Shown here: positions 42,712 to 54,703 of the stretch, one piece after another
Position numbering within the stretch: position 1 is the stretch's first letter
Layout: each line of letters opens with the position of its first letter
Made by a program: the position numbers and the translations under genes
DNA from: a virus
Lineage: Duplodnaviria > Caudoviricetes
Length of the DNA stretch: 64,000 bases
Reading direction: 5' to 3' (one strand)
Virus record (IMG/VR): IMGVR_UViG_3300014039_000541
Coordinates: 1 to 64,000 of that record
The notes under the pieces: generated by a model
What the model was told of the DNA's origin: nothing
The model's input: the letters and a program-made list of their open reading frames with translations, nothing else
Database searches by the model: none

Positions 42712-43086
42712 TTATTGTTGGTTTACAATAATACCTAAACATTTCTTTTCATTTATACTAATATCTATCAATGCATATTCATATGGATCATCTGCATTCT
42801 TACCAAACATTACATCAATAGATAATTCCCATTTATTACTGTCATAATAAACATACTCTATAATTTCCTATCTGATTGCAGTTAATATTTCTTCTTTATT
42901 TAGATTCATTCTAAATAAGTATTTTTCGAGATCACAACCAAACATAGGTGTTCCTAATACTTCTCCAGGTTTTGTACCCAAAACAACTCTTATCTATTGG
43001 AGTAATTGAAATACTTCATCCTATGTTTCTACTTTTGGTTCATAATCAAGGTCAGTAGGAAGTTTACAATATAATTCTCTTGTCAT
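42712..43086 (-). CDS. Baseplate wedge protein, T4 gp25-like, 124 aa, TAG=Gln
   Basis: VLGTKPGEVLGTPMFGCDLEKYLF signature; three TAG; absent from ORF track. Confidence 0.82.
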
Positions 43087-43091
43087 AATTA

Positions 43092-45008
43092 TTATGTAAT
43101 AGTCTTAAAGTTTTCCAATGTTAATTTATTATTCTATGTATATCCTATCAACTACATGTTAAATGCAGATAATGATTCATAAGATTGAACGTCTGAATAT
43201 TCTACACCATCTGGAGATGTAAATCCACCTCTAATCAATGGTAATATATCTCTGACTTCTTTTGAATTACCATTATAATCTGCATATGTCCGTGTTAATA
43301 TAATATCACCATAAGAATCAATACCGTAAAATCCTCGCTCACAATATATATTCTCATTTTCTACATCTGCGTCAAACCAAACTTTAACAGAATCAATTCC
43401 GTCTATTGCTTCGAATAATGCAGTAATGTCAGATAATGGAATAATATCCTTACGTGTGAAATTAATAAGATAATTTGATAAAGCAGACAAACATGCAGAA
43501 TATACACTCTATATATTATATCCTTCCCAAATCTTCACCTGTGTATTAACTGCAAATCTTGGTGTCTTTGGTTCAAGAATCTTATTTTCAACTGTAATGA
43601 TTTTCTACCCTGAATTATCAATTAAGTTAATGATATTATTCTGTTCATCCGTTGATAATGTAAATACAGATTCATCTACAGTGAAATAATTAGAAGATGA
43701 TGAAATCCGTTTACTTAAATCAGGAATCAATAAAAGATATACAGTATTATCCGCGAGATCAGTATCCTCAATTTGCTATTGCGCGAAATTTCGTTTACTT
43801 AAAATATCCTGAAGATTATTATATAATTCCTTCGCTTGATCTGATTGTTCACCATATACAGAAACTGCATCTTGCCAGTCACTGAATGTATTTTTATACA
43901 TCGTATTATATACATCGTAATTAAGCTATGCCATGTAATTAGCTTGTTTCTATGTATAGCCTTTAATTATTTCTATTGTGGAGAACATATTCATTCTCTT
44001 AAAGAAATATCTATAATTAATTTCATTCGCTAATACAAATGATCTAGATGTATGAGGCGCAATTAACTAAGTTAACATTATATCCTCTGATGCCGAACCA
44101 AATATAACGTCTGTATCACATTGAACTCTAAAATTATCAGCTAATGAAATTTCAGAACCATCTGTTGCATATCCAACACCTTGTATCTCAAAATATTGAT
44201 CTTGATCTAGTATTTGTTTTGGTAAGTTTCCACCTGCACCATCTGTTACTACATATTCTACATAAATAGTTGAGCCTTGTGAAGGTGTTTTTCCCATTGC
44301 ACCATTACCGAATATAACATCAATTCCACCGTTAATACCGGTTTTAACCATACATGCTTTCTAATCAAATCCTGCATCTATAAGAGAATCAACCATATCC
44401 CATAATTCACCGTTTACATAAACATTAATAAAATATTCATCAATATCTGCATAATTTCTTTCTGTGAAATTATAAGATTGCCATTTACCACCTGATGCAG
44501 TAGCTGCTTGATATTTAACTGTTCCTTGTATAATGGTTGCAGTTATATAATTACCTGCTGTCATTGTGATCTAAGCAGAATCTGCACCAAATAGAATAGT
44601 ATAAGTTGCACCATTAATTGCACAAAGGAGTTTTGTTCTATTAGGTATGAAACAAACTGTTCCATTCAAATCTTGATTACCGGTGTCATAATAAACTATC
44701 TTAACAGCACCACGAGCTGCAATAGCTCTACCAGCATTATGTCCCGCTAATCTTGCCAATCCTCTAATCTAATCAGGTCTATATGCTGTTTTTATATTTA
44801 AACCTGTTATAGAATCTTCTATATAATAGAAAATCATTCTACCGAGATGAAGAATTACAGAAAGTAACTATGCGAAAGGTGAAGCCATTGTAAATTGCTA
44901 CCCTGTAACATTATATGTTTTCTTCACCCATGCAACAGCATCATTCCATAATTGTTCATATTTAAGACGGTTCAGCTTGAATATTTTTATATCATAAATT
45001 GATGCCAT
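43092..45008 (-). CDS. Baseplate wedge protein, T4 gp6/baseplate-J-like, 638 aa, TAG=Gln
   Basis: Track ORFs 43152, 44067, 44361 and 44571 in one frame; GLARLAGHN...A, VIFGNG..GK.P, VEYVVTDGAGGN. Confidence 0.82.
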
Positions 45009-45010
45009 TT

Positions 45011-46228
45011 TTATTTAATTTTCTCTAATTTTTCTAATCTTTTTTCAAGTTTTTCTAATGTTTTCTTTAAATCATTATTTTCAGATTCAAGTTTAGAAAT
45101 TCTCTATTCATGTATTTTCTTCGTCTTTTGAAGATCACCTAATACAAGTGAAATAGCGGCTGAATAGTTAACACGCCAATGATTAAGATCATCCTTATCC
45201 ATCAAATAAGATAAACCGTGTTTTTCAAGGTCCTGTGCGATAAATCCATATGAAAGTTCAGAAGTATCAAGCCATCGGAATTGAATAACATCCGGTATAT
45301 AAGTAGATGTATCTATTTCCTAAACATCTGTTTTCAATTCAATATCAGAAGAAGCGTAAAAAGCATTTGCGTAAACATTCTTTCTTGAAACATAAACATT
45401 AGTCTCTATATTACCGTCATCCGCGATATATTTTGTTTCGCCAATATCACGTCCATTATAAGATTCCTCTGTAATACCGAGAATATAATATTTCTTATAA
45501 TCAGCAGTTGTATATGAAAGTGAACCCGCGTTATATGTTTTCCACATTAATTGGTTATTCGCATAATTAAATACAGGGACTTTACCATTTTCCTAAATAG
45601 TAGGTTTTAACCATGTAATACCTGGTGTATTTGCACCATATTCATTAGACAGTGAACCCCAAAAAGATATATATCCTGTAGAAGGACATGAGAATACAAG
45701 ATTATTACCATTATAACCTATACCAGGAAGATCTTGTATTTTTCCAGTTCCTCCTTTCATTCCAAATACAATACCTCCTGACATTTTACCACCAATTAAA
45801 GGGAGATATGTAGATGTATTATAATCTTGAAAACTATCAATTTTCGTATTTACTTTATCTATTGAACTGTTAAGCGAATCTAAATTATCGTTTATAGTTG
45901 TCTTAATCTCATCTATAACTTCAGTCGCACGAACTGCTGTATCAATCGCATAAAGTGAAACATCCAGGCGATAAAGTCCTGATGCAGTATCAGATTCTAT
46001 TTTTGTTATATAATAAAATGGAAGTTGCGCTTTATTTAACGCGTCTGATATATTTGATTTTGAAACTGAATTTAACTTATTTCCTACTACCAATAATCTG
46101 TTATTAAGAGATGTTCGGTAAACCTGTCCATTATAAGTCTGCTCAAAATATAGAGTCTCTATACATGTCGCCAATGAAATAGGGTTACCATCTCTTGTAT
46201 ATTGTTGTCTAACCTAAGCTGTCTACAT
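45011..46228 (-). CDS. Tail fibre/spike with C-terminal intramolecular chaperone (peptidase S74-like), 405 aa, TAG=Gln
   Basis: Starts ATG TAG ACA GCT TAG; YLPLIGGKMSG, ASSDIELKTDV, YGFIAQDLE, then a coiled coil. Confidence 0.8.
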
Positions 46229-46286
46229 TCAAATTATTTTCATTTAACTTATTTATTCATGAAAATATTAATATGTGATTATTATA

Positions 46287-47171
46287 TTATGAAATAAAAT
46301 AAAAACATGGGATAGTATTATCTTCAGATGGTAGCCAAGTTGCAATGTGTTCATATAAATAATACTTGCCTACCATAGAAGACTCATGTGCTGTATGGTC
46401 ACAATAAAATAAACTAATAGCTTTATTCCATGGTGTATGAGTTGTTTCACCGCGAACTTTATAAATATTATATTGTCCATACGTCCTATTATCATCATAA
46501 TAAATAATATTATAATTTTCTCCATATACTATAGTATGTTGATCATATGTATCAATTCTGTTGTCGTCAGGTACTTTACTAATAATCTCACCCAAATTTA
46601 TTGCGTGTTGAAGTACCATACCATTTATTATAACATCCTCGCTATATGAATTACTTGATATACAAATTAACGCTGATAAATCTACCATTTCTGGATATAA
46701 CGGTTTTAATGGATTTGTTATATTTTCTTCTGTTACTAATGATATAAAATCTTCTGGACATTGATTAAATATAAAATAATTAGATGTATAACCACTTAAT
46801 TCTACTGCATACATATACAATTCATTAGTATATTCAATACTAGCTGTTTGATTTATTTTAAATAATGGTGTATTTTTATACGTATATGTAATTATTCTTG
46901 AACTCTAACTATCATTTTTAGTTATATTACATACTATTAGTAACGCTGTTCCTTCTGTACTTCCCTATTCATTTATTGTATATGCAGAACAACCATCATA
47001 ATTAGAACTTATATCATATCTTGTTTGCTTTAAATTACCTTCATAATTTTCATCTTGATCTTCTAATCCAAAATAAAGAGAACTGTCTTGATAAGATAAT
47101 GTTATATTGGTTTGCTCAGTTTCATCCTTAATTATTGTTATAACATCATTTAATTTTTTATATTTTGACAT
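46287..47171 (-). CDS. Ig/BACON-like domain protein, 294 aa, TAG=Gln; paralog of 31368..32264
   Basis: Track ORFs 46965 and 46287 joined through two TAG. Confidence 0.7.
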
Positions 47172-47326
47172 ATTTTAATTTTTATTTTCTGTATCTATAA
47201 GTATATCTAAAATACCATATATTATTATACATAACTATTTTATTTAAACATAATTAACAAATTTTTGTATAATATATGTGTTGTTATATTCAAATAATAA
47301 ATAACAAAAATATTATTTTTAATTTA

Positions 47327-47989
47327 ATGGATAAAGTTTTAATAGGATTTGATTTTTCAATGAATAAACCTGCAGCTACAATATATTTTAAAGGTTAGTA
47401 TTATCATTATTTCTGGCCATTGAAAGTTACCAATAAAGTATAGAAAATGTATGAAGATGTAAATGTTCATATAATTAACAGAAATATGTCTTCAGTTGAT
47501 ACAAAGAAAGTAGAAAATTCATAGTTGGTTTTGATTCATACTATAAGGTCTACAGATTTAGCAAATCTTATAATCTCTGATATAGATGATTTAATAGAAA
47601 ATACATTTAATCTTTCAGAATATGAATTATATGTATGTTCAGAAGGTTTATCATATGCATCAAAAGGTGACGCGACACTTAATCTCGCAACATATAAAGG
47701 TGTTCTTCTTTCAAAAATATATGAACATTATGGTGATCATCTGTCAAGACTTTATACATATTCACCTATTACTTTAAAGGCAACAGCCGGATGTTCATCA
47801 AAAGAGGATCGCGCTGATAAAACAAAGATGATTAAAAAATATATTGCATAGAATAATAATATTAAGTTACGTCTTTGTTTAGCAAATGGTTATATGAAAG
47901 CAAAAACAAATTATATTCCTGGTATTGATGATTTAGTCGATTCATATTGGGCATTAAAAACGATGATGTTAAAAGAAAATATATCTTAA
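47327..47989 (+). CDS. RuvC-like Holliday junction resolvase/nuclease, 220 aa, TAG=Gln
   Basis: IGFDFS, EGLSY, PITLKATAG and DDLVDSYW catalytic-type motifs; four TAG. Confidence 0.78.
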
Positions 47990-47996
47990 TTTAATT

Positions 47997-50657
47997 ATGT
48001 CCGCAATATTAAATATGACAATCAATAATTCATATGATATGTTTGCTAATTAGAAAGTATCATCAGGAACTGTTGTAACAGAAGAAATGAAATCAGGACA
48101 ACATAAAACTACAACAGAAATGGTAGATATTAATGCGTATGATTATGGTATCATTGATGTTGGTATGACTTAGTTTGATGATACATTAAATTATACAGAT
48201 AAAGTTAAACAAGCATAGATAAGAATTGAATTATATAAACAACAACTTCAAGAAGCAAAAAGTTGGATAGAACCTTTATAGACAGAAATAAACAAAGTAT
48301 AGTCTGAATATGATGATTATAAATCACAATATGATACGGCAAAGAAAGAAAATACAAACGAAGCATTAATAAGTAATCTTAAAAATATTGTATCTAATTA
48401 TAAAAAACAATTAAAAGATTTATAGTCTTAGTTTGATAAGAATAAAAAAATTACATAGACTCATCCGAAACTTATTACTAATTATACAAATTTCTATAAT
48501 GATTTGATAAAGTATGGTAGTAAGAAAGCAATAACAAAAATAGATGAGTTTGGTAATGTTGAGCAAGCATAGCAAGTTGATTTAGATAATCTCGACATAA
48601 ATCAAGCACCGGGTATGTCTATATCAGGAACCATAACAGACGCAGTTACACAATATCTGGAAGTTACCGTATAGTCTTTAATTGCTGGTGGTGCTAGTAA
48701 TATAATGAGTAGTTTGGGAATTAATTAGGAAACATTAGGTATGGCTAAAACTATACTTAACCTTATGGATTCTGCATTATTCAATATTGTTGGCATCATT
48801 AAAATGGTTCCAACAAATATACATATGGTGCCAAGTGCTAAAGTAGCTATGAATAGTATATGTACATCTTTAAAAGATATGTATCAAGCTATATATATTG
48901 ATTTGGAAAATTAGTATTATGAAACTATTAATGATGCAATTACTAATTTGCCTACAATGTAGGAAATGTTAAAAGAAGCATAGGAAGTTCTCATTAATTC
49001 TATATGGTCAATGATAGATATGCAATGTGTTAAATACACAGGGCATACATTCGCTGAACTTTATTTCATGTGCTCAGATTATATTCATTTATATAAGGCA
49101 TGGAAAGAAGCACGCAAGGAACGTAAACGTTAGAAAAAAGAAAAAGAGGAAGCAGAAAAAGAATCTGGTATATAGCATACATCTGGTGGAACTATACATA
49201 AAAAGATAACAGTTGAAACTGATCCAGATCTTATTAAAGAATCTTTAATGGAACAATTAGCACAAGCTTCAGACCTAATATATAATTCATTTATTATTAT
49301 ATAGATAAAAGATGCTATAGATGATATAAAGATGTTAATAAGTTAGTTTAATAATGTTGATTTAGATGTATTATCAGAAGGAATAGATTCATTTGAAGAT
49401 TTAATGGATATGTTAGTTGAAATGGGTTTGGATAATGATGGTGCTGTTATAACATTAGAGAAAGCAATACAAGAAGGTATAAATCAATTCTCCAGTAATC
49501 TAACAAGTTTATAGAATTAGATAACAGCGCAAGCAATCTCATCTGGACTTACTATCGCGTCCACTGTCGCGTCCAGTACATCAATTAGTACAAGTATTAA
49601 GGCTGAACATTTATACGACTTTACGAACGATTTAAACACATTTACGATGACTCTTAATATTTACAATGATCCTACAACAAAGAAAGCAAAAAAAGAATTA
49701 ACAAAAGTTTTATCAAATGCGCATCAAAAAGATGAAACAAAGATCTTTGAAGCATCTGATGTATTGTCTATTATCAATGCTATAGATGAAGGATATGTAA
49801 TGCAAAAAGATTAGACTTTAAATTTAGTTAATTTTACATTTAAGATTCATTTCGAAATAAAAGGATTTAATAAAACATTAAACGAAACAATAGATGCCGT
49901 TAAAATCGCTAATGAAATTGCATAGGAAACTGCAAAGGAGAAAAAGAAAAATGATGCTATTGCATAGTTTGAATTAGGTATAGTTGAAGAAGAATATACA
50001 GGAGATCCAACTAAAGCAACGTAGAGACCTACATTCCAATTAGTTCATGAATTATTCTCAATATTAAATGAGATATTTCCATAGTTAAAAATAATAATGA
50101 AACTTATAAGGAACTATAAGATTAATAAAGCAAAAGTTGAAGCAAATGCATCTGGTAATCTGCTCGGTATGGTAAAAGTATTAGCCGCAATTAATAAATT
50201 ATTTAAGAAAGCTAATAAGAATAAAACGAATTTCTATACTGTAAGATCATTAAAATTATATAATTACATAACAAAAAGTATTGTTTATATAGGTTCTGAT
50301 ATAGAAGTTAATATAGATATACCAAATACAAGAAAACTTTATCTTTATTTAAAAAATGCTAATTTAAATTATGATGTAATTAAATAGGATTTACCTACCA
50401 TTCTTTATATAGATTAGGAGTCTATAAAGGAACAGATGGATGCAATGAAAAAAGATTTAGATAAAGCAAGTAATTATTTTGATGATGCCTCTTTATTTGT
50501 TCAATATCCTGATTCGAAATATCCAGATGGAACATTATTAGGTTTAGATAAAGTTGAAGATGCAGATCCAGAAATTTATTATAGTGATTCATCATTACCT
50601 TTATATGGAAGTTAGGTCTTAAGATGTTACGGTAAAGATTACGATATATATGAGTAA
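47997..50657 (+). CDS. Large helical/coiled-coil hypothetical (virion?) protein, about 886 aa, TAG=Gln
   Basis: ATG 47997, many in-frame TAG, TAA 50655-50657; includes track ORF 50097. Confidence 0.68.
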
Positions 50658-50679
50658 AATATATTTAGATTATGATTAA

Positions 50680-53565
50680 ATGACGAAAGAAGAAAAAATA
50701 TATTTGGATGATTTAATAACAAAAGCAATGACGGTCGATACAGATGAGATAGAAGGTTAGCAGACAATAAATCTTAATGATATAAATTTATGTGCTGTTG
50801 ATTATTCAAAATCTGATATTACATCTGATTATGATGATTTCATGAATATAGATGGAATAACCGATTAGTCCATATTATAGAAAATGTATGACGACAAGGA
50901 TTTATGGAAATTAATCATAACACCGCCGGAAGAAGTACCTGATATATTATCTGATATTGATACAAGTACAAGAGTTATAATTGAATTTTCAGACGCTACT
51001 GTTAAAGATCCAAATCCAGTTGAATATTCTCTTAATATAAAACCAGGAGATACAATAGACAACAATACTATAATAGGGTCTGTTATGTAGGAAGGAAAGA
51101 TGAAACCAATTAAATCCATATTTGAAAAAGGACATGTAATGAGTAAGAATGATGACACTGAATTTTTCAGATTATATCCTTCTAAATGTGACAGACATAT
51201 AGTATTGGATAATACATTAATAGGATTGAATGAAGATTATAATGTTGTTAATGATGTTTCAGAAATAAATGCTGAATTTTCAAAGGAAGGTTCATTATAT
51301 GCTCTTATAACTAATAACTTATGTTAGTCCCTTTTGCCATGCGTATTAGCAAGGAGATATAGAGGGACATATACAAGAACAAAAACCAGAGTATATACAA
51401 CAGATAGTTTAGGACATTGGGAATATGGAAATTGGTATTTAAATTCTTCTGATGCAAGTTATGATACATTAGGGTTAGATACATCATTAATAGTTGATAG
51501 CAGTTTATATAAAGAATATAAAGATAACGCAAAATATGATACATCTTTATTTGTTTTCGATATAACTAATGAGAAATTAAATACTGGTGTTACAATATAT
51601 GATACGTCCATTATGATGAATCTTCATGAATCACAAGATGTATTTGGTTCATCTATTATCGCAGAGGATGTTACAAAAGCTGACATGAAATCCTGGAGAA
51701 AACGTGCAAAGAAAAAACGTAAAAGAAAGAAAGTAAAAAAAGAAATAAAAGATAAAGCATACAGGTAGACAAACAGAATTAAAAATTCTGATAATCCATA
51801 TGAAGCAATATAGAAAGAAGGGAAACGTTTATTAGATGCAAGAACCAAATATGTTGATGATATTATAAAATTATATAAATCATTAGATACATTGCCATTA
51901 TGTAAATATGACCCTAATTATACAGATTGTAAATTCCTAGTAAACAACAATATAGACGGTAAAACATATACTGAAGCGAATAGATATGATGATGAATTCT
52001 CTTATATACCTATCGGAGATTCGGACCATTATTAGAATTATTATTATAGTTTACTTGGAAATATTAATTTATTATCCGGATCAACAGATACTTATTCATA
52101 GGAATATTATAATTTAATAACAGATATTATCAACAAAAGATTAGTAGTAGAATCAAGACATAGTGAAGATCTTATGTATGATTTCATGGATTTATTTAAT
52201 AAGAATGTTAAATAGTTATTCAATATATATGTGAAGAATTTAACAAATGATATTATAAAAAGAGAATTTAATAAGCTAAAACCATTAATTGCTACTTATG
52301 TATAGAATGAAAATAAATCATATAAGGAGTCTATAAGGAAATAGTTCACTGTTGATAATAAAGAGAAATATGGGTAGGAATTAGATGAAGAAGCAATTCA
52401 AAATGCAGGTGAAAAATATACAGGAGATAATGAATATAAACAAATATATGATTATATCTCTTCTTTATATTCATATGATTCAGATGAAGACACTGACACA
52501 CCTAATGAGATTTGTTCATAGTTGGCAACAATGTATACTTATATAAAATCATACGGTGATGGAAGTTCTAATCCATATAAGGATATTAAAGATAAAAATG
52601 AACCTTATATATATTTAAAATTAATATAGGAAGAATCAAAGAAAATAAGAGAATTTTGGGATAAAGTTCTAAAAGAATATGAAGATTGTTCATATGATAA
52701 ATGTTATAATTCACTTATAAATTTATCTGAAAAAATGGATGAATATGCATAGTGGCCAACACCTTAGGATATAACAATAGATAACATATATTATCAACAT
52801 TATTTGTTTGAGAACATATATCCAAGTGATTTAGATAGTTCAATTAATGACATAAGTATAGGCGATTATAATTTTCCTGATGAAGTTGATTTCCCTGAAA
52901 TACCAGATGATGTTTCAGTTGATGAAAATTGGGCTATTGATGAAATGAATAAGCATGAGTAGTTACCGCCAGATGACATAAACGCAATAACTTTTAAAGA
53001 TTTTCCATATTGGAAAAAATATTTTGCGCTAGCTACACTTATATGTATTGTTCCAACATTCTGGAATTGTGGTCTTGATATATTTCCATTTATATAGTGT
53101 ATACCTTTACCATGTATATTCATTGCTATTAAATCAATATATATACCGATGTTCAATATGATAATGGTATTTGGAATTGCTATACGAGGAATGTACCCAT
53201 GGCCAATTATTTTATATGTTAACACAAGTGATCAACCTATATCTATATTAACGCCGTTAATTGCTATATTAGATAGATTAAAAAATGTATTTTATGGGAA
53301 ATTAGATAAGATAGAACAAGTTCCTATATAGTCTTTAGCTAATGCGTATATAGCTAAATTAAATAAGGAAATTAATGATTTGAAAAAAGAAAATATTAAA
53401 TTAGATAATTTTAAAACAGTTATAAAATCATTGAATGTTCCAAAAGCAGAAAGTATAAAGAGATAGTTTGCGTCTATAGTAGATCCATCAATCGATATGA
53501 GACAAAGACTTACAAGATTAGAAACATTATCAAGAAAATCAAAAGCTAATTACATGGCTAAATAA
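50680..53565 (+). CDS. Large hypothetical (virion?) protein, about 961 aa, TAG=Gln
   Basis: Track ORFs 50884, 51100, 51334 and 53149 in one frame; basic KKKRKRKK patch; hydrophobic Pro-rich segment near the C-terminus. Confidence 0.68.
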
Positions 53566-53570
53566 TTATC

Positions 53571-54269
53571 ATGGCATATACAAAAGATAAATTTTTTACA
53601 GATATTAAAAAGATGAATAAAACAAATGACAAATATGAAGATAAGGCATACGAGTCTATTGTAGAAAATCTGTTTTTATTAAATAAAAGAGGTAAATGGA
53701 AAGCAATGGGATTAGATGAATATGATTCAGAATCTAATTCTAAATTAACTTTAATTCCTGGACATATCTATATGTTTAAATATATTACCGATACAGCAAC
53801 TAAATATAATGACGGACATATTAAGTTTGAATATTATGACACATTACCATTGGTATTATGTACGGGGAATAATAAGAATATTATATCGGGTATTAATCTT
53901 AATTTATGTAGTTATGAATTAAGAACATTAATATTGAATGATGTATATAATTTAGATCCTGATTTCTTTAATACTAAAGCATCGGAGCAAGCACATCAAG
54001 GTTAGTTGCCAATATCATAGAATATAAGTAAATTCTTCATAAATGATGATGGTTAGACAAAGTTATTAAATTATATTAAAAAGAAATATAACTTATAGAA
54101 TACAGGATTTATATTCAGAACATATAATATTAAGAAAATAAAAGATATTAGATTTATAGAACCATGGCAATGGCAATATATTCCTTTCTTAAAATATAAA
54201 CAATCAGTTAAAGAATCTATATTAAATATGATATAGAATATAACAGGGATTAGTAAAATTAAAATATAA
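53571..54269 (+). CDS. T4 gp2-like DNA end protector protein, 232 aa, TAG=Gln
   Basis: PGHIYMFKY...YYDTLPLVL...GINLN...FRTY pattern; five TAG; TAA 54267-54269. Confidence 0.65.
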
Positions 54270-54277
54270 AATTAAAT

Positions 54278-54655
54278 ATGATTTATTTTATTTCAGGACA
54301 TAGAGATATAACAAGAGAAGAATTTAAGAAATATTATGAACCTAAAATTCAAAAAGTTCTTAAATACGATAAGGATGCTAAATTTGTGGTTGGTGATTAT
54401 CAAGGTGTAGATATAATGACTCAAGAATATATTGTATCTTTGGGTTTTTTAAATAGAATAACTGTATATCATATGTTTGATAAACCTAGAAATTTGGCAG
54501 ATCCATATATACAACGTTCTGGTGGATACAAAGATGATATTGATAGAGATTCTGCGATGACACGTGACAGTGATTTTGATATTGCTTTTGTTCGTGAAGG
54601 TAAAGTAAATTCAGGAACAGAACAAAATATAATGAGAAGAGTTAAATTTAGTTAA
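54278..54655 (+). CDS. SLOG/YspA-like nucleotide-binding protein
   Basis: FISGHRD, VVGDYQGVD, RDSAM and SGTEQNI motifs; no TAG. Confidence 0.6.
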   Translation: MIYFISGHRDITREEFKKYYEPKIQKVLKYDKDAKFVVGDYQGVDIMTQEYIVSLGFLNRITVYHMFDKPRNLADPYIQRSGGYKDDIDRDSAMTRDSDFDIAFVREGKVNSGTEQNIMRRVKFS

Positions 54656-54661
54656 ATAAGG

Positions 54662-54700
54662 AAAGGATGATTAACTTTATATATGGTTAATCATCCTTTA
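54662..54700. terminator. Bidirectional terminator
   Basis: AAAGGATGATTAAC...GTTAATCATCCTTT between convergent genes. Confidence 0.75.
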
Positions 54701-54703
54701 TTT

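Noticed and set aside
31368-47171. Diversity-generating retroelement acting on the paralog pair or the tail fibre
   Set aside because: No reverse transcriptase in the window, and no near-identical TR/VR pair differing at adenines was seen.
42656-53225. Opposite-strand or off-frame ORFs in the structural region (42656, 43697, 43845, 46437, 49027, 50865, 51311, 51624, 52866)
   Set aside because: They are shadows of longer TAG-recoded genes.
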